64,000 nt of DNA, from NCBI GenBank assembly GCA_963664195.1, contig OY760907.1:2368001-2432000 (forward strand), read 5' to 3'. The notes below the pieces were generated by a model. That model was not told the DNA's origin. It worked only from the letters and a program-made list of their open reading frames with translations, and searched no databases. This DNA comes from an uncultured candidate division Zixibacteria bacterium. GTDB lineage: Bacteria > Zixibacteria > MSB-5A5 > GN15 > FEB-12. Below are positions 33,219-42,320 of the stretch, piece by piece. Numbering within the stretch: position 1 is the first letter of the stretch; every line of letters starts with the position of its first letter. A program made the translations under genes and the position numbers.

Positions 33219-35969
33219 TCATCCCGCGGCCAGAACGTTCATTGCCACCCGTGAGGCCTCTCTCAGCGGGGCATTCGCGCTTTCGGTCAGTGGCGCAAGC
33301 TCAAGGTTGAACCCGTCGAGCCTGCGATCACTTACGACAAACGCTGCGCAGGCCGCCAGCCAGGGATCATCTCCCCGGAGCATCCAGCGTATCGCTTCAT
33401 CGTAGGACGCTGCCTTTAAGTCGAACAGTCGACGGCCGGCCTCGTCGAGGCGAGCATTCTCCTCCAGAATAGGGAAGAGGTGAGCCTTTTCGCTTCGATC
33501 CCAGACCGTATCCAGAAACTCAATTGCCCGTGCGCGAACGATCTTTGTCCCGCTGACGATTCCGTTATATGCGGTGCGCATGTCATCGATTGGATAAATC
33601 AGGCCGGCCAGCCTGAAGGCCTGCTCGAGGTGCAGCTTCTGACGGTCACTCAGCGCCTGCAGCAACAGGGTTTCGGCCTTGCTGTCGTATCTGTCCTGTT
33701 GGATAGCCGCCACGAGACCATTAATCGCGTAGTAGCTCCGAGACTCTCCTTCGATCAACTTGCGAATCCTGCTTGCATCAATCGGGAGTTCCTTCATGCT
33801 GCGTCTCAGTCGTCCGAGGCCCCTGATGACGTTATGCCTCAGCATAGCGTCTTTCGATTGCAGCTGTGCGCTGAGAATCGCGGCGGCTTCATCGCCCGGC
33901 ATGAGGCTGATGATTTTCGGAAGCCGCAAACGGGCCAGGAGCGGTTCACCGGAATCAAGCATGTGATCGCGCAAGGTTCCCAGAATCGAAGGGCCAAACG
34001 CCAGCAGCGCATCGGTCGCCATACCGCGATGTTTCGGATGCGCGAGACCGTCGATTATGACCGGAATGAAGTCACGACGGTTCAACGACGCTGCACTCAA
34101 GAGGGCGCCGCGTCTGACCACAGGGTCGTCATCGGCAAGAAATGCCGGGAACAGTTCCGCCAGAGGATCGGCCGGAGTTGCCGATTGCAGTGCTAGGGCA
34201 AGTTGGCGTCGCGCTGCCAGCCCGCGGTCATCATCGTGGGAGTTGAGTGCTTCCACAAACTCTTTGCTCATTGACTGCCGGACATCGTCCGAGATGTTAT
34301 ACTTGAGCGTACAACGACACGCGGAGGCCTGCAATACAGGGTCATCAGCGTGCAAGTAATCGCGCAACCTCACTTCCTTGTCCGAGGGAGACAAAAGACA
34401 GAGCAAGCGGATCGCTTCGACCTGTACTTCGGGATCATCGTCGGTAACGAGCGGTTCGACTTGCGGTAGAATCGATTCGTTTCCAACCGTGGCAAGTTGC
34501 GAAAGTGCCGTCTTACGGATCACCGCATTGTCGTGCACGAGCAATGCTGCCAACGGTTCGGCAAGACGGTGGTCTGTCGCCTGGGCGGTCAATTCGAGTG
34601 CGAATAGTATCTGCCTGCGGTTGCCGGTTGTAAACGTGTTGGTCAAGGCGTCCATAGAGGCCGCGTCGTGAAGTCTCGTCCGAAGTTGTCCGGCATCAAT
34701 TGTTCCCTTTTCGAGAGCGGCACGGAATGTGCGTGAATACTCACGTTTGATCATGACCGCCACGGCGATCCAACCGCCGATCAGAGCGGCACTCAGGAAA
34801 GAAATCCACTGAACCGGCCAGTGGAGCATATCGTTGACGATATAGAGCAGGCCGCCGCCGATACCGCGTGCAAACCGATCTCCGACAACATCCATAAACG
34901 CCTTCACACGGTTTTTGATGTTCGTCGGAATCGGAAGGTATAGCAGTTCCAGCCCGGTTTTGTTGATCGAGTAACGGAAGGAACCGTCGGATATTTTCAC
35001 CAGTATGGCCGAGGCAAGGACGGGGAAGAGGAATATGGCCGTCGATCCGAGCAACAATCCCACCGGCAGGAACAGGATCGCGGCACCCACCCCGAACCGT
35101 CGCAGCACACGGGAGGACAGTAGTAATTGGAGCACCAGTGAGATCAGTGAGAGCCAGAAGAAGAATGCGCCAAAGAAAGCCGTCAGTCTGTCTTTATCCT
35201 CAAAAAAGTCCTTGACGATTTTGTTGAATTGGAAATCGACAAATGTCGAAACCATGACCGTCAGGGCAATCATCAGGGCGAGCAGTTTCAGGTGACGTGA
35301 ATGGAGAATGACCGGCAGCATGCCGCTAATATCTCTGCTTTTCTTTTTCTGCTTCGATTTCTCCGGATCGTCGCCGCGTCGCATATTCCACACCGCCAGG
35401 AGGATGCCAAAACAGATCAGCAGGAAGGCCATACACAACCAGAGCAGGTTTTCGGTGCCAACCAGCTCGGCAAACAGGTTGGTCAGAAGGCTGCCCGTGA
35501 TACCGCCAAGAATAGCGCCCGCCGCTACGAAAGGGAACACGCGTTTGGCCTCACGAGGATCAAACACGTAGTTGGCCAGGAGCCAGAATTGCGAAGTCGT
35601 GAATACGCCGAACAACGACACCCAGACGTAGAACACATACACCAACCAGCTGAGTTGCTGACCGATCAGGTACCAGAATGCTGCAAGATTGAGGATGATC
35701 ACGAGCGTCGTTGCGCCGACAAGTCTCGGGAGCGACATGCGTGCCGCCGTCCAACCGTAGAAACTGGCGATTGGTGTGGCGGTTACCGCGATAATCATAT
35801 ACATGTAGATCAGTTGGTCCGCGCCGAACTTGTCAAGAAACAGCGAATTGCGAACCGGCTTCAGAATCAGATACGCGCTGAGCAAGAGAAAAGCATAGAG
35901 AAACATCAACACTGCACGCGTGATTTCCTGACGCTCAAGGCCGAACAGTTTCTTGAACAGTGCTGTCAT
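33219..35969 (-). CDS. Npt/TLC (NTT) family nucleotide transporter with C-terminal HEAT repeats
   Basis: ILKPVRNSLFL, FYVWVSLFG, SQFWLLAN..FD.REAKR.F, RYSINK...ELLYLP...K.K.F.D; about 12 TMs, then HEAT repeats (L.DDDP.VR). Confidence 0.9.
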   Translation of the reverse strand: MTALFKKLFGLERQEITRAVLMFLYAFLLLSAYLILKPVRNSLFLDKFGADQLIYMYMIIAVTATPIASFYGWTAARMSLPRLVGATTLVIILNLAAFWYLIGQQLSWLVYVFYVWVSLFGVFTTSQFWLLANYVFDPREAKRVFPFVAAGAILGGITGSLLTNLFAELVGTENLLWLCMAFLLICFGILLAVWNMRRGDDPEKSKQKKKSRDISGMLPVILHSRHLKLLALMIALTVMVSTFVDFQFNKIVKDFFEDKDRLTAFFGAFFFWLSLISLVLQLLLSSRVLRRFGVGAAILFLPVGLLLGSTAIFLFPVLASAILVKISDGSFRYSINKTGLELLYLPIPTNIKNRVKAFMDVVGDRFARGIGGGLLYIVNDMLHWPVQWISFLSAALIGGWIAVAVMIKREYSRTFRAALEKGTIDAGQLRTRLHDAASMDALTNTFTTGNRRQILFALELTAQATDHRLAEPLAALLVHDNAVIRKTALSQLATVGNESILPQVEPLVTDDDPEVQVEAIRLLCLLSPSDKEVRLRDYLHADDPVLQASACRCTLKYNISDDVRQSMSKEFVEALNSHDDDRGLAARRQLALALQSATPADPLAELFPAFLADDDPVVRRGALLSAASLNRRDFIPVIIDGLAHPKHRGMATDALLAFGPSILGTLRDHMLDSGEPLLARLRLPKIISLMPGDEAAAILSAQLQSKDAMLRHNVIRGLGRLRRSMKELPIDASRIRKLIEGESRSYYAINGLVAAIQQDRYDSKAETLLLQALSDRQKLHLEQAFRLAGLIYPIDDMRTAYNGIVSGTKIVRARAIEFLDTVWDRSEKAHLFPILEENARLDEAGRRLFDLKAASYDEAIRWMLRGDDPWLAACAAFVVSDRRLDGFNLELAPLTESANAPLREASRVAMNVLAAG

Positions 35970-35978
35970 TCCGAATCC

Positions 35979-37262
35979 CTAGAATTTGCTGATCAAAACG
36001 TTTTCGTACGGAATACCAAGTCTATCCAGCGACGTGAAGAAATGCCCCAGAGTCAGCAGATACCGATCCGATCTCACCGCGATATCCTCGCGGATAGTCG
36101 CGGAAACGTTACTGTAGAAGTAGTGCCCGGACTGTGCGGTGACGTGAGCAATGCGTCGATCCTCGTCTTGCCCTTCGATGAAAAACGCGCCCGAAGTCAA
36201 AATCGGTTCGCCGGGAAAGAGGAAAGCATGATTGGCGCGCGGGGCCTTCCGCCCTGTTTCCTTTTCAATTTGGGCTACTTCTGTACGGAGCATCTCTCGC
36301 CCGAAGCGCACCTTGCCTGATGCCGATACCGCAAAGAAGTATTCGCCTGCGGTGAGCGTATCATAGCCGTTGCGTGTCAGCGTGTTCATGACCGTGATGT
36401 CTCCGCCACGAGCGAAGAATTTGCGGTACTCACTCTGGAGCATCGGCCACTCTTTGTTGGGAAAGGCCTTGCGAGGGGCATTGTCCTTGAGCGTATTCAT
36501 CAGCGAATCGGAGGAGACAAACGCGGTTATGCCGTCAGCGAAATCCGTGCGGATCGGCGCACAACTGTACAGGAAGCTCATATAATTGTCGTATCCCTGG
36601 ATTACATAGTCCGGGGGAGGGGCATAGAGGTCCGAACTCTCAGCCAGACCGAAGTCAGTTGCCACTGGTTCTTTTGCTTCAATTTCGCCCGCGTCTATGG
36701 CGTGAAGATAGTCCGACACGGCTACAGCATATCTCTGCATCTCCTCACCTGTGAGCGACTCCTGCCATGACGCCCAAATCATGAAGCGCATCTCTTGTGC
36801 CGTCACGAGGCGGATGTAGCAAGTCGTCTGCTTGCCGCTTTCGCTATCGTATGTCGCCTTGATCAGGATCCCGCGGAATCCCGGCCAAGGTCCGGCAGCG
36901 GCTGTGTCGATGTTGGATCTCAGTACGTCGAACATGATCGAGGAACTGCTCATCAGGAGGGCTGCTGCTACTTTTTGTGATTCCAGATTGGGGCAGATCA
37001 CACGGGTTGCACCGAGTAGCCGGTCGACGTCTTCGTCGCCATTCGGCTCCGTGACCAGCGGCCCGGTGACGAAGTATCCCTTCGACTCGGGCAGCAGCCC
37101 AGCCAGTCGATTCTGAAACTCCGGGTGTTGGGCTGCGATAAGGCGTTCGAAGTCTGCGCCTTCAATGGGGGCATTGCGGTCGGCAGCGACACATGAGGCC
37201 GTCAGCAGCAGTGCTAACAGGCAGGTCGCAAAACGACCAAATCGTACGAAATCTCGATTCAT
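35979..37262 (-). CDS. Exported protein with degenerate RelA/SpoT-like domain and C-terminal H...SGHY domain
   Basis: Signal peptide; LGATRVIC, GFRGI, IRLVT..MIWA; NHAFLFPGEPILTSG...VTAQSGHY. Confidence 0.6.
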   Translation of the reverse strand: MNRDFVRFGRFATCLLALLLTASCVAADRNAPIEGADFERLIAAQHPEFQNRLAGLLPESKGYFVTGPLVTEPNGDEDVDRLLGATRVICPNLESQKVAAALLMSSSSIMFDVLRSNIDTAAAGPWPGFRGILIKATYDSESGKQTTCYIRLVTAQEMRFMIWASWQESLTGEEMQRYAVAVSDYLHAIDAGEIEAKEPVATDFGLAESSDLYAPPPDYVIQGYDNYMSFLYSCAPIRTDFADGITAFVSSDSLMNTLKDNAPRKAFPNKEWPMLQSEYRKFFARGGDITVMNTLTRNGYDTLTAGEYFFAVSASGKVRFGREMLRTEVAQIEKETGRKAPRANHAFLFPGEPILTSGAFFIEGQDEDRRIAHVTAQSGHYFYSNVSATIREDIAVRSDRYLLTLGHFFTSLDRLGIPYENVLISKF

Positions 37263-37265
37263 ATT

Positions 37266-38999
37266 CTAGTCCACATGTTCGACCGCCACCAATTGCAGCC
37301 GTGATTCATCGGCATGATACCAGAGCCAGAGCACTACCGGCAGGCCATACTCGCCGCCGTCGCGCTTCGTGCGGATGCGAATCTCAAACAGGTTGGCATC
37401 CGGCTTGTCTCCCGGCTTGTGCGCGGCCGCTGCGTCTTTTATATCCGAGGCTGTCAGCGCTATCTGTTCGTTTTCGATCTGTCGAGCCTCGATGAGCGTC
37501 TTGCCGTCGTATCTCATATCGAATTCAGACTGTGCCGTTTGATTGAATCCGTATTTCAGTGCGAAATCTTCAAACGATATCACAAACTGTCCGTCCGTTT
37601 GCTCCGAGTTGAAACCGTCGAGCGGGTTGACTTTCGCAAACCAGTGCCGCCCGATCTTCTCCTGCCGTGTTTTCAGCGTCCTGAAGAGGTAGTTCCTTGC
37701 CTTCGGATTGGACAACTCGCCAGCGTCGATTATTGCCCGAAGATCGTCATCAGTGAACGACATCACGATCTTGGCCGCCCAGTAGGCGTCCCGCCCCGTC
37801 ATGTTCTCGAATGCCGGGATGGGGTAGATAGGATCCCATTTGCCCGGTTGAAAAATCTCCGACTCGAAATAGCCAATCGAGGGGAACGTCCAGTCCTTCG
37901 CGAATTCCCACTGCCATCGTTTCAGCCCGAGCGTGAAGAAAGACACGCCGAAGTCTCGAAGGTCGAAGGAATTGCAGTATCCGGCAGTGACCGACTGGGC
38001 GCATTGTCCTGCCGAACCGAAGGTTGAACCAAAATCCAGCAGGTAATGCTTGATGAATCGGCGACCGTCTTCGTCGGCTAAGATGTCCATGCTGTTCTGG
38101 TCTTTGATGTCCCAGTGATTGACCATTGAACAAAGGACATACAGGGCTCGCAACTCACGTCGGTGCTCGTGCTGGCACCAGTCATTCGGGTCGTTTTTGC
38201 GAGTGCCGTCAAAACTGAACGGTCCGCGTATGCTCGGCAGGGCCAGCGAGGCAAGGCAGCGCACAGAGCCGTCAGGCTCATATTGGGCCAGCGTGAGAAT
38301 CTCGTTTAGCTTCTCACGTGTGAACGGATGTTTCTTGCCTTCGATGTCTTTGAACGTGACACCCTCGCGGATGGTCAGGTCCTCGGGACGGAATCGGGTG
38401 ATCGTTTCTTCCGGGACATTGTAGCCGCAGGCGTAAAAGAACCTGCCTGCCATCGCGGCGGCGGCCGTTGCCATTTCAGGATGACCCGGAGGATCGAATT
38501 TCAGAATAAACTGATTGCCGTTCTTGTCCTCGATCCAGAAACCGGCCGTTGCTCCGCCAACTTTCGGGCGGAATACCTGCCACGGGCCGGTAGTGTCCGG
38601 TCCGCCGGTGACGATTGCACCGCGCCGGATTTCATCTGCGGTCATCGGGATCAAGTGATGGCGGTTGGTGTACCAGGAGCTGTTGGGGACTTCGTCGAAA
38701 CTGTTGATGTTCCAGGCTTGCCGGGAGTTGCCGGAGACTTTGCGAAGACTCCGATCCAAATCAAGAAGTTGATCGATTTGCTCAAACCCGGTCCGCTCCA
38801 CCGTCTCCCATATCAGGTTCGGACCGCGCTTTCCAGGGTCCGGGATATTCTCCGTGTCGGCGTCCTTCCAGTGCGGATCCTCCGGAGTGTAGGTTGCTCG
38901 ATACGAGCCGCAGGACCAACAGAATGCTGCCAGCACAACTGCGCAGGCGACTCGTGCGACAACCGAAGCAGGTCTGTTTGTATGTAAGATTCTCTTCAT
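37266..38999 (-). CDS. Exported (lipo)protein with atypical protein-kinase-like fold
   Basis: Signal ending in WSC; Gly loop KVGGATAG, ILKFD, EMATAA, GYNVP, catalytic-like HWDIKDQN, LLDFGS. Confidence 0.75.
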   Translation of the reverse strand: MKRILHTNRPASVVARVACAVVLAAFCWSCGSYRATYTPEDPHWKDADTENIPDPGKRGPNLIWETVERTGFEQIDQLLDLDRSLRKVSGNSRQAWNINSFDEVPNSSWYTNRHHLIPMTADEIRRGAIVTGGPDTTGPWQVFRPKVGGATAGFWIEDKNGNQFILKFDPPGHPEMATAAAAMAGRFFYACGYNVPEETITRFRPEDLTIREGVTFKDIEGKKHPFTREKLNEILTLAQYEPDGSVRCLASLALPSIRGPFSFDGTRKNDPNDWCQHEHRRELRALYVLCSMVNHWDIKDQNSMDILADEDGRRFIKHYLLDFGSTFGSAGQCAQSVTAGYCNSFDLRDFGVSFFTLGLKRWQWEFAKDWTFPSIGYFESEIFQPGKWDPIYPIPAFENMTGRDAYWAAKIVMSFTDDDLRAIIDAGELSNPKARNYLFRTLKTRQEKIGRHWFAKVNPLDGFNSEQTDGQFVISFEDFALKYGFNQTAQSEFDMRYDGKTLIEARQIENEQIALTASDIKDAAAAHKPGDKPDANLFEIRIRTKRDGGEYGLPVVLWLWYHADESRLQLVAVEHVD

Positions 39000-39005
39000 C
39001 GTCGT

Positions 39006-40301
39006 TTACCAATCTGCCCCGAGGTTGATATAGAACCGGGTGCCTTCTTTGCTGTGGGCTATGAACATGCGGCCGCCTTCGCCACCCCGCCCCCAGAACC
39101 GGACGCCCACTCCGGCAGAATACTTCCACTCAGTGAATACGAGATCATCGACGAGCGATCGAAAGACACGTCCTTCCTCTACAAAAACGAAACCATCGAT
39201 CACCTGCCACAGAGGGTAACGGTACTCAGCCGATAGGAGGATCAGATCATTATCCACGAATCGGACGCTGCGGTATCCTCTCAAGGAAGATTTGCCGCCA
39301 AGGCCACTTCGCAAGTAGAAGGGGATCGACGGTGCGGTTTCATCGCGGTCGACACGGGTAAAGTCTCCTCGGAGCGCGAGGACTCTATTCTGGAACAACT
39401 CGATATATTGTGCCCAGGCGGCCTCGATTCTGAAGAACTCAAGATCATCGGAGCTTCCGGTGCCACCATGATAGGCCGCGCAGATTCGTCCTACGCCGCC
39501 TCGTGTCGGGCGGCCCGGATGGTCGCGCCAGTCGAATTCAGTTGTCGCCCCCAAAGTCCAGTGCTGTGTGCTGCGAATCTGATCCAATGTCAGCGAAAGC
39601 GCAGTTGCGATACTGTCCAGGTCTGAAAGGCGCTCGTCGTTTTTGCCGTCGGAGGTGTTACTGATAGTGTAGCCCCCGAATAATTCAGCAACGATCCCAT
39701 CGCCCGCTTGCCAGGTCAATCCTCCGAACAGCTTCGTCTGCTCCATCGTGTAGGAGATTTCGTCACCTTTGTGCGAATCATTTCCAAGTCCGTAGAAGCT
39801 CTCCCACGGTCGCTTGCGATAGTCGGCATTCAACCGGAGGCCAATCCGGTCAGCGAATAGCTGCGGTCCATGGTAGTTGAAATTGGCACGCTGGTAGTCA
39901 TGCGTGGAGTAGTATCCTTTCAGGCGGACAATATCTTTGGTCGAAAGTACGTCCCTGGCGAAAAAGCCCAGACCGCCTTTCACGCCCGAGTTTGAGCCGT
40001 AGGACGCAACCGGGTACACGGAAATATCCGGAGCGGGCGCAAACAGGATGTTTTTCAGCGGACTTTCGGTGGCCAGCCAGATGCCTCCATAGGCTATTCC
40101 CTTGACGGGATAAACGGGTGTCTGTATGATGGCTGAAGTGACATCGAGAATGGTCTCTCCGACTGATTTCGGCGGGCGTTCCGGCTTGCGAACGGCAGTT
40201 GTATCAACCTCAACTGCGGTCGCGGCGGCGGCCAGCAGGAGGATACACACACCGCAGAAGACAAACGCCCGTTTCTGTAACGAGTGTCGATAGCGAATCA
40301 T
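39006..40301 (-). CDS. Omp85 (BamA/TamA) family barrel without POTRA domains
   Basis: AAGGAG RBS; signal peptide; SFYGLGN, DWRDHP.RPTRG, LGG..SLRGY...RF, AEYRYP, C-terminal W. Confidence 0.85.
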   Translation of the reverse strand: MIRYRHSLQKRAFVFCGVCILLLAAAATAVEVDTTAVRKPERPPKSVGETILDVTSAIIQTPVYPVKGIAYGGIWLATESPLKNILFAPAPDISVYPVASYGSNSGVKGGLGFFARDVLSTKDIVRLKGYYSTHDYQRANFNYHGPQLFADRIGLRLNADYRKRPWESFYGLGNDSHKGDEISYTMEQTKLFGGLTWQAGDGIVAELFGGYTISNTSDGKNDERLSDLDSIATALSLTLDQIRSTQHWTLGATTEFDWRDHPGRPTRGGVGRICAAYHGGTGSSDDLEFFRIEAAWAQYIELFQNRVLALRGDFTRVDRDETAPSIPFYLRSGLGGKSSLRGYRSVRFVDNDLILLSAEYRYPLWQVIDGFVFVEEGRVFRSLVDDLVFTEWKYSAGVGVRFWGRGGEGGRMFIAHSKEGTRFYINLGADW

Positions 40302-40468
40302 GGTCTCCTTTTCCTGTCCAGACGGTTCAGTCAACGATACTGGTAATGAAAAATAGAAAGGAAAGCGACTATTTTTTGCCCAATGCAAACAGCGGTGCTT
40401 CCGGTGAGGATGAGGACGGCTGTGAGTGCTCCCGGAAGCCTATTCGTTGATTCTGGCTGACGGAAGTG

Positions 40469-41014
40469 TCAGTCGAACGAAGTGTGTCCGGCGATAATGC
40501 GTTCGGCCTCGACTACTTCCGGAGGATCGGGCGGCACTTCGACCGGACCGAAATCGATTATCGTGATCGTATCCATGGCGTAAGTCAGCGTTGAATCATC
40601 AAGAAAGATGCGCAAGGAACCGTCGACAATATCGTAGCACTGATCCCATGCTCGATTCAGGAAGTGATATTCCAGCGCCTCACCGTCATCAAACCAGACG
40701 CGAAGCACCTGTTTCACCCGACGAGGCCCCTTCGGAAGCAGACCACAAATAGGGCAGATATCGTCGATGCTTGACCGGCAAACCATCCGACGGAGTATGT
40801 GCCCTGACAGCGTTGTGTACAGCTTGGCCAGCCGACTGTGCTGACAGTGCAAGGGTTGTGTGTGAGGCACAGGGATTCGCTCGTACCGATCGACGCGTTG
40901 GGTCTCTGGAAGCTTCCTTTCAGAGACACGCTTAGGCGTGAGGCGTCTTCTCAGCCGTGCCCACCATGATCCGGTTCGTGTTGGTTCGAGACTTTGTTTA
41001 CGGTGCTGGTTCAC
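40469..41014 (-). CDS. Hypothetical protein
   Basis: 181-aa ORF with GAGGG RBS and GTG start, filling the gap between operons; HCQH and CPIC could bind metal. Confidence 0.5.
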   Translation of the reverse strand: MNQHRKQSLEPTRTGSWWARLRRRLTPKRVSERKLPETQRVDRYERIPVPHTQPLHCQHSRLAKLYTTLSGHILRRMVCRSSIDDICPICGLLPKGPRRVKQVLRVWFDDGEALEYHFLNRAWDQCYDIVDGSLRIFLDDSTLTYAMDTITIIDFGPVEVPPDPPEVVEAERIIAGHTSFD

Positions 41015-41143
41015 TGTCCCTCAACCGCTGCCATGAGCGAAATGCAAGTAGCCTGATTACCCCGAGATTACATCATTATGTCGCGTGACGCAAGCGAATC
41101 CGGCAGAGCGACATCACTTTCACAGGAAGTGTCGATGCCGCAA

Positions 41144-42310
41144 TTACTTGGCGCGGAGCGCATCGAGGATTTTCAACCGCGAGGCACGCACGGCAGGCAG
41201 GAAGCCGCCTATCAGGCCCATTGCAATCGCAAATACGAATGCGAATCCCGCGATTTTGGGAGACATCTGAAACGAGAACGAAATCTCGGCAAATGTGTCG
41301 AAATTCGTTGTGGACACTTCCTTCAGACTCAAGATGTTGGCTATCACAATGCCGGCGACGCCGCCTGATAGGGCGATAATCATAGATTCTACGAGAAATG
41401 CCATCAGTATCGAAATGCGGCCGAATCCAAGCGCGCGGAGTGTCCCGATTTCGCGCGTCCGGTTGGCCACGGCCGCGTACATTGTTATCATAGCGCCTAC
41501 AATTGCGCCGAGGGAAAAAACAGTCGAGATCAGATTGCCAAGGATAGTTATGAACGTCGTGAACGTTTGCGATTGACTGCGATAGTACTCTTTTTCGCGC
41601 ATGGCCGTCACGGTGAGACGACGGTCCCCCTCCAGGCGCTCTTTCATCGAGTCGTAATCCGCACGATCCTTCAGCCTCATGGTCAGCGAGGAATACACCG
41701 GCCGTCGTTCGAAGGCATCCAACAGCAAGTCAATATCCCCCCAGATCTCCGATTCAAACCCGGCCCCATCCGCTTCCATGATTCCGACCACGGTCCAGTC
41801 TTGCATGCCGAATCGGACCGTTTCACCAAGTCCGCAGCCATCGAACCGTTCGGCCAGTTTCTTGCCCGCTACGATCTCCGAGGTTCCAGGCTGCCACATA
41901 CGGCCTTCGGCCAGTTTGATCTGTGGTCGCAGTTTCAGCGACATGTCGCTTACACCCCTGACCGTGACATTGCTCGGTTCGCCGGAGGAACGCTTGGGGC
42001 GTGAGATTAAGACAACCACTTCGGCGGTGAACATCGGTGCCCCGTCTGCATCCACGGCTATGGCCGGATCTGCCTTGACGATATCCGCCTGGTCACCCCA
42101 GACGATGGAAACGAGTTCCGTGCTGGCGGATTGCCGCAATACTATCACGTTGTCGTCGCTGCCGGTATCGACCAGCGCCTGAGTCAGGCCGTTGGATAAC
42201 ATGAACACCGCACAGAATACGAATACGACCAGGGCGATACCGCTGACCGTCAGGGCGAAGGTCAGCTTGCGGGCAAAACTGTTCTTTATCGAATACCAGA
42301 GTAGTCTCAT
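41144..42310 (-). CDS. ABC transporter permease (MacB/FtsX family)
   Basis: N-terminal TM, periplasmic domain, RTREIGTLRALGF, PAVRA. Confidence 0.92.
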   Translation of the reverse strand: MRLLWYSIKNSFARKLTFALTVSGIALVVFVFCAVFMLSNGLTQALVDTGSDDNVIVLRQSASTELVSIVWGDQADIVKADPAIAVDADGAPMFTAEVVVLISRPKRSSGEPSNVTVRGVSDMSLKLRPQIKLAEGRMWQPGTSEIVAGKKLAERFDGCGLGETVRFGMQDWTVVGIMEADGAGFESEIWGDIDLLLDAFERRPVYSSLTMRLKDRADYDSMKERLEGDRRLTVTAMREKEYYRSQSQTFTTFITILGNLISTVFSLGAIVGAMITMYAAVANRTREIGTLRALGFGRISILMAFLVESMIIALSGGVAGIVIANILSLKEVSTTNFDTFAEISFSFQMSPKIAGFAFVFAIAMGLIGGFLPAVRASRLKILDALRAK

Positions 42311-42320
42311 TCAAGCACCT

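Noticed and set aside
33198..33221. Stop-codon readthrough fusing NTT-HEAT to the cNMP domain
   Set aside because: The two ORFs are in different frames and the second has its own RBS
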